A DNA stretch of 64,000 bases from the NCBI GenBank assembly GCA_038105525.1, contig JAYOCQ010000008.1, forward strand, positions 10,509 through 74,508, given 5' to 3'. Shown here piece by piece: positions 53,261 through 61,213 of this stretch. The position numbers and the translations under genes are program-made. The notes under the pieces were generated by a model. That model was given only the letters and a program-made list of their open reading frames with translations. It had not been told where the DNA came from and ran no database searches. Origin of the DNA: Opitutales bacterium. Lineage in GTDB: Bacteria > Verrucomicrobiota > Verrucomicrobiia > Opitutales > Seribacteraceae. Within the stretch, counting starts at the first letter, position 1, and every line of letters begins with the position of its first letter.

Positions 53261-53316
53261 CCTCTCCGATTCGAAAACTTCTCAACCCAATCGAAACACA
53301 CACTGCAAGAATCATC

Positions 53317-53697
53317 ATGAAAAAAATCCTAACCATCCTTCTCTTCTTCGCTACCACCGGGGTTTTTGCCGTCGATTTTCCCGACATCAGCGTGGAAGAT
53401 CTTCAAAAAGCCATCGAATCGAAGAAGGTAGCCATCATCGACGTCAACGGCCCCAACTCCTACAAGAAAGGACACATCCCCGGGGCAATCGATTTTTCCT
53501 CCGCTCAAAAGGACCTCGGTCAATTGCTCCCCAAGAAAAAGAACACACTGGTGGTCGCCTATTGCGGGGGTCCGCAATGCAAGGCCTACCTGAGGGGAGC
53601 AAAAGCAGCTTCCAAGCTCGGTTATTCCAACGTCAGGCACTTGTCGGCCGGAATTTCAGGCTGGAAGGAAGCTGGCCAAAAGGTCGCCAAAAAATAA
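53317..53697 (+). CDS. Exported single-domain rhodanese-like protein
   Basis: Signal peptide MKKILTILLFFATTGVFA; IIDVN, YKKGHIPGA, active-site loop YCGGPQC, LGYSNV and GISGW. Confidence 0.9.
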   Translation: MKKILTILLFFATTGVFAVDFPDISVEDLQKAIESKKVAIIDVNGPNSYKKGHIPGAIDFSSAQKDLGQLLPKKKNTLVVAYCGGPQCKAYLRGAKAASKLGYSNVRHLSAGISGWKEAGQKVAKK

Positions 53698-53722
53698 GTT
53701 CGCTCATCTCGGCAAAACTCCC

Positions 53723-55663
53723 TTGACCCACATGCCCGCGCTGCAAACGATTCTTCGATCCAGTCTATGGTTCTTCACCATCGGTTTTTTTCGACTGGTT
53801 GCACCATCCCACGGAAGCGACCTAAGCGAGCCTCTTGGAATGGTAGCCATCGAACTGTATGCAGGATCGCAGGAAGCTCCTTTCTATCGAATTGTCTCTC
53901 CCGGAATAAAGGGGGAATCCCTCTATCAGGGCAACGTCGATTCCACCACGGAAAGCAACGTCAGTTTCGCCCGAATTCCTGACTTGTCGAACCCGGCGGT
54001 ACAGATCGGCCCCCTTCCCTTTGGAGTTATGAACACTTCGCAGGCAAGAGCCCAAGCATACTTGGACGAAAACGGTTCGATCGATCGAATCGAGCTTCTT
54101 GCATCCGGAAGCCAGTACCGTGGAAAACCATCCGTGATGGTTGCTCCCCATACCGAAGGCAACGGCACCTTGGATCAACTTCAGGAAGCTCATGCGGAAG
54201 CGGAGTGGAACTCATCCACCGGAATGATTGATGGTATCATCGTGACCCAATCGGGCAGAGGGTATCTATCTCCTCCGGTCGTCACCATTGACGGCGGCCC
54301 CTACTATCTTAGGATCATCGATCCGGAATCCAACTTCACCGGACTTTACTTCAGAATCCTTTCCAATTCGGATGATTCGGTGGAATTGGAAAATTCCGAT
54401 GACTTGAATTTTTCCCAGATTCTAGCCGAAGGAACGAAAGTGGAAATCTTTCAAGGGTGGACCATTGCCTCTCTCTTTGGTCGCGACGATACGCAACTTG
54501 GGCAAGACGCCAATTCGTCTCTTGCCGATTGGCTCTACGTCATCAAGGATTCATCCCTGCAAACTGGCGATTCCAGTGACTACGAGGCGATTTACAACGA
54601 TGGAGAGGAATGGAAGTCGGTTACCCCTCCAAATGCGATTCTCTCCGATCGACTTCTTCCTCCGGACGAAGGAATCCTCGTAGCAAGAAGAATCGATGCC
54701 AATCTTTCCCTTCGCTTGAACGGCATCGCATCCATGGATGCCGGAAATTGGGAAATTCCTGCTGTCGGCAAGCGCAAACTAGCCAGCAACCCTTACCCCG
54801 CGCGGGTAATGCTATCCGACCTGCTGGGAAGCGAATCGATCACCGAAGACAACTCCTCCCTTTCAGGGCACTTGTGGCTGGCTCATCCCGATCAGGACTT
54901 TGCGGACAACGTCCAGGTAATCGACGCTTCGGGCTGGTCCACCTTCTGGCATGATGGCTCCAACCTGCAAGTCTCCAGGCCAGCAAGTATCTCGGCCCGC
55001 CCGGGTTCGGGAATCGGAGGAGCGCTCACGGTGGACGATTTCTCAATGAAATCCGGGACGATCGATGCATTGAGCAACCCCTCAGTCGGAAATTCAGCCG
55101 TTACTTCGGCCGCTCACGGTTTGAAAAGCGGATTCATCGTGGAAATCTCCGGCGTAACAGGAAGGTTGACCAACGAGAACAAGGAACAAATCGACGCTTC
55201 CGCAGAGGTAGTCGAGGACGGAGAGGGGTTGGTAGTCGATTCTTCCGCCAACGGAAAATGGGAAGTGCTTTACGTGGACGAGAACACTTTCGAACTAATC
55301 GGTTGTTCCGGTAATTCGGACTTCGTTTTCACGGAGAACGCTCGCTGGTCCACGGGGGATCCGGGCGCCGGTTATGATACGGACGTCACGCTCTCGATTC
55401 TCGGAGGGAAGGGAACCGGGGCTTTGGCAACCGGTATCGTAAACAACGGAATGATTTCATCAATTTCCTTGATCAAAGGCGGACTGCTTTATCTGGAAGC
55501 TCCCGAGGTAATCGTTCATCCCGGGGGATGGCGCAGGCTCGGCAGGGGCAACGCCCCGATCAACGACCTGTCCGTTCCCGGAGGAGCAGGCATGCTGCTG
55601 CTGCGAAAGCATCCTCATGGCACCTCTGCCCGCATCCCCTTGCGCTCGATCGTTGAAGATTAG
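53723..55663 (+). CDS. Secreted TIGR02597-like protein with inserted beta-repeat domains
   Basis: Signal-like N-terminus; SEPLG (cf. TDPVG), WTIASLFG and NPYP; duplicated W..D...P..G...RR/RK motifs recalled for this Verrucomicrobia family. Alternative start ATG 53732. Family call is from memory. Confidence 0.6.
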   Translation: MTHMPALQTILRSSLWFFTIGFFRLVAPSHGSDLSEPLGMVAIELYAGSQEAPFYRIVSPGIKGESLYQGNVDSTTESNVSFARIPDLSNPAVQIGPLPFGVMNTSQARAQAYLDENGSIDRIELLASGSQYRGKPSVMVAPHTEGNGTLDQLQEAHAEAEWNSSTGMIDGIIVTQSGRGYLSPPVVTIDGGPYYLRIIDPESNFTGLYFRILSNSDDSVELENSDDLNFSQILAEGTKVEIFQGWTIASLFGRDDTQLGQDANSSLADWLYVIKDSSLQTGDSSDYEAIYNDGEEWKSVTPPNAILSDRLLPPDEGILVARRIDANLSLRLNGIASMDAGNWEIPAVGKRKLASNPYPARVMLSDLLGSESITEDNSSLSGHLWLAHPDQDFADNVQVIDASGWSTFWHDGSNLQVSRPASISARPGSGIGGALTVDDFSMKSGTIDALSNPSVGNSAVTSAAHGLKSGFIVEISGVTGRLTNENKEQIDASAEVVEDGEGLVVDSSANGKWEVLYVDENTFELIGCSGNSDFVFTENARWSTGDPGAGYDTDVTLSILGGKGTGALATGIVNNGMISSISLIKGGLLYLEAPEVIVHPGGWRRLGRGNAPINDLSVPGGAGMLLLRKHPHGTSARIPLRSIVED

Positions 55664-55691
55664 GGAAGGAAGTACGAGCGGTCGACAAGTT

Positions 55692-57962
55692 TCAAGACAC
55701 CTGATGCGCATCCACGTCCAAGAGGTCATGCACCTCTTTGTCGCAAGGAAATGACCCTCTGACGCGATTGATTTGCGTCAGGGCACCGGAAACGGAATGC
55801 GTGAGATAAAAAAGATGGTAGCGATAGTACCCCTTGATTTTCTCCAAGGGAGCGCAGGCCGGTCCCTTGATCTCCACACCAGTCGGTTTCGCCAGGTCCA
55901 ATGCCTTCCGCCATTGCTCCGCGTAAAAGCGAGTCTTCTCTTGGTTTCTCCCACGAAACAGATGACGAATGAGATGACGATAAGGAGGATAGGCCAATTC
56001 CAGACGGCTAGACAATTCCTCCCGGGCGAACTCGTCGACTTCGGCTCGCCTTGCAAATTGTATGCAACTTTCATAAGGAGCGTAGGTCTGCACCAAGACC
56101 TCGCCCGCTCGATCTCCCCGCCCGGCCCGGCCCGCCACTTGAACCAACAATTGAAACGCTCTTTCCGATGCGCGAAAATCCTCCAGACGCAGGGGCAAGT
56201 CGGCATCGATCACTCCGACCAACGTGACGTTCGGAAAATCCAATCCCTTGGCAATCATTTGGGTGCCGACCAATACGTCGATTCTTCCGATGCGAAAATC
56301 CCTGAGGATTTCACGAAATAGGTTTTTCTTCGACATGACGTCGGCATCCACTCGAACAACCTTGGCGGAATCGGGCATAACGGACTCAACCACGTCTTCG
56401 ATTCTCTGAGTGCCGTGACCCTTTCTTCGTATTTCGGGAGACTTGCAGTTGGGACAGAAAAACGGAGAACTCTTGCGGTATCCGCACAAATGGCAATGCA
56501 GGTAGTGGTCGGTTCGATGGTAGGTCATGGCGATGCTGCAAAAACGGCATTGCTCGACCTTTCCGCATTCCGTGCAGAACAAGGTGGTATTGAACCCCCT
56601 GCGGTTGAGAAAGAGTATGCTTTGCTCGCGTTTTTCGTATCTTTGCCGCAAAGCTTCGATCAGTGGTTGCGATAAGATGGGGGCGATCTTTTGCCTCATC
56701 GCTTCCCTGCGCATGTCCACCAGATGGACCAAGGGAAGCTGGCGATCGTCTATGCGTTCCCTGAGAATCGACTTTTGGTATTTCCCTCGCTCGACGTTAT
56801 GAATGCTTTCAAGAGAAGGAGTAGCGGAGCCCAACAAACAAACGCAATCATTGAGAAAAGCCCTATACACCGCGACGTCCCTACCATGATAGCGGGGAGA
56901 ATCTTCCTGTTTGTAGGCAGGCTCATGCTCCTCGTCCACTACGATAAGCCGAAGGTTGGAAATGGGAGCGAAAACCGCGGATCGGGCGCCAACCACGATT
57001 CGAGCCCTGCCTTGAGCCAATTTTCTCCATGCATCCAGTCTTTCCCCGCCCGAAAGATGACTGTGCCAAACCACGACCTCCTCTCCTTGCCTGCCGAACC
57101 TTCGGCGCAAGCGATCCACCGTTTGGGGGGCAAGAGCGACTTCAGGCACGAGAAACAAGACGCCGCCGCCCTCGGACAGGGCCTCTTGCATCGCTTGGCA
57201 ATAGACTTCGGTCTTTCCCGATCCGGTCACCCCATGGAGGAGGCGAGTTGCGAACTTACCCGACCTCATGTCCGCAAGTGTCTCATCGGTCGCCAATTTC
57301 TGCTCCTCGGTCAACTCGATGAAGCATGGCTCCTCCGAAGAAACCTCCTCGGACCATTCATCCAGGTAGGCGTCTCGGTCATGGGAGCGTTCGGATTGAG
57401 CGACCAGTCCCTTTTCCACCAAGGCTCGCATCACCGCAGAGGAAACACCGGACTCGGCTTGCCATTGAAGGGCATCGACCGGAACCGAACCCATTCGAGC
57501 GAGCGCTTCATAAGCTGCCAGCTGTTTGGGAGCGCGCGAAAGAACTTTCTCCCATTCCTTCCTCTCTTTGCGAACCGCTTGAACGAACCTTCTGATCTTG
57601 GGGCTCATGCCATCCCGTACGGAGGCGGGGATCATCGCCCCAAGAGCGCTTTCCAAGGTACTTGAATAATAAGCGGCTATCCATTTCGCCAGATTCACCA
57701 GTTCCGAATTGAGGACGGGCTCAGGTTGCACGATCGCTGAAACCTGCCTCAGCTTTTGCGGGTCGGGAACGTGCATTGGATCAAGAGAGGAAACGATTCC
57801 CAGAGTCCCTCTCCTTCCCAAAGGGATTCGCACCAAGGTTCCGACTTTAAGAGAATTTTCAAACGACTCTTCCGCCCCGTAGGTGAGCGCCTTGTCCAAG
57901 CCTCCCAGGGGAAGAACCTCTACCAGAAAAGGCTTGGTTTTGAGTTGATTCGCCTTCTTCAT
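55692..57962 (-). CDS. priA: Primosomal protein N' (replication restart helicase)
   Basis: GVTGSGKTEVY Walker A, LVPEVAL, VVGARSAVFAP, DEEHE..YKQ, GSATPS, LNRRG, four CxxC zinc motifs, GTQMIAKGLDFP and QVAGRAGR. Confidence 0.98.
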   Translation of the reverse strand: MKKANQLKTKPFLVEVLPLGGLDKALTYGAEESFENSLKVGTLVRIPLGRRGTLGIVSSLDPMHVPDPQKLRQVSAIVQPEPVLNSELVNLAKWIAAYYSSTLESALGAMIPASVRDGMSPKIRRFVQAVRKERKEWEKVLSRAPKQLAAYEALARMGSVPVDALQWQAESGVSSAVMRALVEKGLVAQSERSHDRDAYLDEWSEEVSSEEPCFIELTEEQKLATDETLADMRSGKFATRLLHGVTGSGKTEVYCQAMQEALSEGGGVLFLVPEVALAPQTVDRLRRRFGRQGEEVVVWHSHLSGGERLDAWRKLAQGRARIVVGARSAVFAPISNLRLIVVDEEHEPAYKQEDSPRYHGRDVAVYRAFLNDCVCLLGSATPSLESIHNVERGKYQKSILRERIDDRQLPLVHLVDMRREAMRQKIAPILSQPLIEALRQRYEKREQSILFLNRRGFNTTLFCTECGKVEQCRFCSIAMTYHRTDHYLHCHLCGYRKSSPFFCPNCKSPEIRRKGHGTQRIEDVVESVMPDSAKVVRVDADVMSKKNLFREILRDFRIGRIDVLVGTQMIAKGLDFPNVTLVGVIDADLPLRLEDFRASERAFQLLVQVAGRAGRGDRAGEVLVQTYAPYESCIQFARRAEVDEFAREELSSRLELAYPPYRHLIRHLFRGRNQEKTRFYAEQWRKALDLAKPTGVEIKGPACAPLEKIKGYYRYHLFYLTHSVSGALTQINRVRGSFPCDKEVHDLLDVDAHQVS

Positions 57963-59365
57963 TGCTGACGCAGGTCAAAGCAAAGCAAGCGACTGCTCTT
58001 GCCGGTCGCTCGATCCTTTTCATTTTGCATAAGGTAGAGCAACCCGCGACTGAGTGCCGGCATCGTCCAAGTCTCCGGAGCAAAAAAGGGCTGAAAGCTT
58101 TGCTCGATCCTCCACCCCTCGGAGTTCAAGTCGATACGGAGGAAAGACCCCAGTTCCGAAAGACACCAAAAGCGTTCCTGGGCCAACAACCAACTTCCAC
58201 GAAAAAGCTGCAGGGAACGATCGACCCCCGATATCTCCTGCCTCCATACGATCGGTTCACGCCACAAGACCGCTCCTTTTCTCCAATCGAGGCAAAAGAC
58301 CTCCGCGCCCAACTGGTGCCTGCCGCTTACCCCGAAGATCATTCCATCCTTCACCACCGGGGTCATCCAATGGATTCCCAGCGAGGCATCGCTCCAAATG
58401 ACTTCGGCGCTAAAATCATCCGCGATTCGAAGGATGATCGAACCCTGTCCGTAACACTCGGAAAGAAAGACGCAGTTCTCGCCCAACGGCACGGGGGGGC
58501 AGGCATTGGCGGATTCGTATTGCCTTGACCTCCAGGGGAAACGGGTCAAAGCCTCGCCGGTCAGAGGATCCAGAATCAACAAACCACCATCGGGCGGCTT
58601 GCTCTCTCCCCCGGTCAAGGCCAGGCATACCAAGCGATCGTAAAACCTCGCCAACACGGGAGAAGAATAACTCGCCCCCCAAGAATCCTCCAATATCCAA
58701 CTGGTTTCACCGGTCAACAAGTCGAACCCGACCATGCATTGATTCGCCCCACCCCCGACGTTGAGAATCAAGTTCTTGCCAGCCACGATCGGATTCGAGC
58801 CCTTGCCGAAAAAATATCGCGGGACTCCGAACTCCTTTTCCAAATCTCTTTTCCACAATACTCGACCGCTTTCAAGATCAAGGCAGGTCAACCATGCCGT
58901 CACGCCATGCGCGAAAACCTTGTCTTCATGAATGACCGGACTGGCCCGGGGTCCCGGCGAGTACCCGAACCTGTCCTCGTAAACGATCGGATACGAATGC
59001 GCCCAGATCGGTTTGCCGGTTTCAGCCGCCCGAGCTTCCACCAGCTCACGGTCTTCCATTCTATGAAAAAGAACAAGGACGTCTCCGGAAATCGCAGGGG
59101 ATGCGTAACCCGCGCCCTTCTCCAGCGACCAAACCAATGAAGGCCCGGAATCGGACCACTCCTCCAGCAGTCGGCTTTCGGGAGATTTGGCGTCGTCAGA
59201 CGGACCATTGAACCTAGGCCAAGAGGAAAATTGAGCTTTTGAATGAAGGGGAGCGGGTGCAGCGAACCTTTGCCAACGATCCGCAGCGGATCCAGACCCG
59301 AACCCAAGCGCAAGCAAAAGAAAAGGAAAGCGTATTCGAAAATCAAAGCTCACTGCCACTAGCAA
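57959..59365 (-). CDS. PQQ-binding-like (BamB-type) beta-propeller repeat protein, secreted
   Basis: WPRFNGP, GP.LVW, GYASP, GPRASP, G..LW repeats and SYSSP. Overlaps the priA start by 4 nt (ATGA). Start codon uncertain (TTG/GTG). Confidence 0.85.
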   Translation of the reverse strand: MLVAVSFDFRIRFPFLLLALGFGSGSAADRWQRFAAPAPLHSKAQFSSWPRFNGPSDDAKSPESRLLEEWSDSGPSLVWSLEKGAGYASPAISGDVLVLFHRMEDRELVEARAAETGKPIWAHSYPIVYEDRFGYSPGPRASPVIHEDKVFAHGVTAWLTCLDLESGRVLWKRDLEKEFGVPRYFFGKGSNPIVAGKNLILNVGGGANQCMVGFDLLTGETSWILEDSWGASYSSPVLARFYDRLVCLALTGGESKPPDGGLLILDPLTGEALTRFPWRSRQYESANACPPVPLGENCVFLSECYGQGSIILRIADDFSAEVIWSDASLGIHWMTPVVKDGMIFGVSGRHQLGAEVFCLDWRKGAVLWREPIVWRQEISGVDRSLQLFRGSWLLAQERFWCLSELGSFLRIDLNSEGWRIEQSFQPFFAPETWTMPALSRGLLYLMQNEKDRATGKSSRLLCFDLRQQ

Positions 59366-59479
59366 TCTTCGATCTTTTGCCTCACTTCAACCCGAAACCG
59401 ACAAGTTTGCAGTTCTGTTGCAAACATCGCAAAACATTCTCGCTCCCAAGCGAGATTCCATATACAAAAATGCAAAGAC

Positions 59480-61174
59480 GTGAAAGATTCCATCCATTTC
59501 ATGCCCTCGGTCTTCAGGGAACGCCACAGGCGAAAAAACGCCACCAGGCTGCTGAGGTTCTTTCTTGTCCTTGCGGTGTTCGTCCTCGTCTACATGAACT
59601 TGTACAGGTTTTTCATGAGCGCCGAACGCGAGGGACAAGCCGTTGGCTGGATAGAGGCTTTTTATTGGGTGCTCACCACCATGTCCACCTTGGGATATGG
59701 CGACATCACCTTCAGCGGGGACAGGGGCAGGCTTTTTTCCATGGCGGTGATGTTCACCGGGGTCTTTTATCTATTCATCGTTCTGCCATTTGCCTTCATG
59801 GAATTTCTCTACAAACCGTTCGTGGAATATCAATCGGGCGCCCGCGTGCCGAAGAGGTACGAACCAGGAGATCAAAAACACGTCATTCTCACCCACTACG
59901 ATTCCATCAGTCACGCCCTGATGGAAAAACTCACCCAGTTCGGATATCCCTTCGTTTTGGTCATCGACAAGCTCAAGGAAGCGCAAAAATACCACGATAT
60001 GGGCATTCCCGTCATGTTCGGTTCCATCGAGGATTCCGACACGCTTGAAGCTGCCGGAATCAAGAATGCGGCCATGGTTGTGGCCACTGACGATGACATT
60101 CGCAACGTAAACGTCGCCTTCCGGGCTCGCGACATGGATGCCAAGCTCCCGATCGTGGGAACCTGCAACAACCAAAGTTCCGAAGACATCATTCAACTGG
60201 CAGGAGCGAACCACGTCATTCGCATCGCCAAGCAAATGGGAAGCTTTCTTGCCCGCAGAATCTCCTGTACGGACAACAACACTCACGTCATCGGGTCTTT
60301 TGGAGAGGTGCTGATCGCAGAGGCTACGGTTCATGGCACGCCCCTTGTCGGCAAACAACTCCAGCAAACCAGCTTGCGAGAGGAATACGGCGTAAACGTG
60401 GTGGGCATTTGGGAGCGAGGCAGGTTCGAGACTCCCTCCCCCTCGACCATGCTCAACAATCATACCGTACTTCTGCTTGCCGGCACTCAGGAAAGCTTCG
60501 ACAAGTACGATCATGACTTTCGAAACTTCACCAACAACTCGGCTCCGGTCATCATCATCGGCGCAGGCCGCGTAGGACGTGAAACCGCCAAGACCCTCCA
60601 AGAGATGAACGTGTCCTATCGAGTGATAGAAACCGATCAAAAGAAAGCCGGGATGGTGGACAACTCCATCTTGGGGGACGCATCTGAAAAAGCGGTGCTC
60701 GAACGCGCCGGGATCAACAAGGCTCCGGCCGTGGTCATCACCAGTCACAACGACGAGAGCAACATATACCTGACCATATACTGCAGAAAGCTTCGACCGG
60801 ACATTCAAATCGTCAGTCGTGCCTTTCTTCATCGAAACGTAGAACCTCTCCATCGAGCGGGGGCCGACTTTGTCATGTCTCAGGACTGGATGGGAGCCAA
60901 CACCATCTTCAATCTGCTCAACCGAGCGGAAATCCTCATGATCACCGAAGGGCTTGACGTATTCAGTCAAAAGACCCCTAAATCACTCTCCGGTGTTTCG
61001 GTGAAGAATTCGAAGATTCGCGAGAAGACCGGTTGCAGTATCGTTGCCATAAAGGGCGATGCCGGCACCATCATCACACCCTCCCCCGAAGACAAGTTTT
61101 GCGAAAACGGAGAAATCATACTTATCGGTAGCGAAGCTTCTGAAAAATCATTCGAATCGAAGTTCCGATCCTGA
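59480..61174 (+). CDS. 2-TM potassium channel with two tandem RCK (TrkA_N + TrkA_C) pairs
   Basis: TTMSTLGYGDI selectivity filter flanked by two TM helices; L.AAGI..A motifs; IIGAGRVG Rossmann motif; TrkA_C motifs GVNVVGIW and GCSIVAI. Confidence 0.92.
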   Translation: MKDSIHFMPSVFRERHRRKNATRLLRFFLVLAVFVLVYMNLYRFFMSAEREGQAVGWIEAFYWVLTTMSTLGYGDITFSGDRGRLFSMAVMFTGVFYLFIVLPFAFMEFLYKPFVEYQSGARVPKRYEPGDQKHVILTHYDSISHALMEKLTQFGYPFVLVIDKLKEAQKYHDMGIPVMFGSIEDSDTLEAAGIKNAAMVVATDDDIRNVNVAFRARDMDAKLPIVGTCNNQSSEDIIQLAGANHVIRIAKQMGSFLARRISCTDNNTHVIGSFGEVLIAEATVHGTPLVGKQLQQTSLREEYGVNVVGIWERGRFETPSPSTMLNNHTVLLLAGTQESFDKYDHDFRNFTNNSAPVIIIGAGRVGRETAKTLQEMNVSYRVIETDQKKAGMVDNSILGDASEKAVLERAGINKAPAVVITSHNDESNIYLTIYCRKLRPDIQIVSRAFLHRNVEPLHRAGADFVMSQDWMGANTIFNLLNRAEILMITEGLDVFSQKTPKSLSGVSVKNSKIREKTGCSIVAIKGDAGTIITPSPEDKFCENGEIILIGSEASEKSFESKFRS

Positions 61175-61213
61175 AGCTCTGATCCGGGAATTGATCCGGA
61201 CGAAATTTCAACG

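Noticed and set aside
7561-53217. Hundreds of alternative-frame and antisense ORFs inside the giant gene (e.g. 9719..10732-, 33485..34333-, 46915..48045+)
   Set aside because: Shadow ORFs expected from the codon bias of the real frame; low-complexity R/S/P- or V/G-rich translations with no motifs.
7070-53260. Diversity-generating retroelement target/template pair
   Set aside because: No reverse transcriptase and no ~100-bp near-identical pair differing only at adenines was seen; paralogous modules differ at all bases.
7070-53260. Nested order or giant size as a mis-assembly of repeats
   Set aside because: Copies look too diverged to collapse, the frame is preserved across all junctions, and host halves are complementary. 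Long reads would be the final check.
6845-55691. Genomic island or prophage carrying the giant operon
   Set aside because: No integrase, transposase, tRNA, att-like repeats or phage core genes; codon style looks like the flanks by eye.
59366-59479. c-di-AMP (ydaO) riboswitch upstream of the K+ channel
   Set aside because: The spacer is short and shared with a divergent gene, and I could not see the conserved riboswitch motifs.
59239-60970. Long ORFs overlapping the K+ channel (59239..60048+, 59771..60970-)
   Set aside because: Off-frame or antisense shadows of a well-supported gene, with no motifs.
61180-61200. TGATCCGG direct repeat or terminator between the channel and sulfatase
   Set aside because: Only 8 bp twice, with no strong stem or U-tract.
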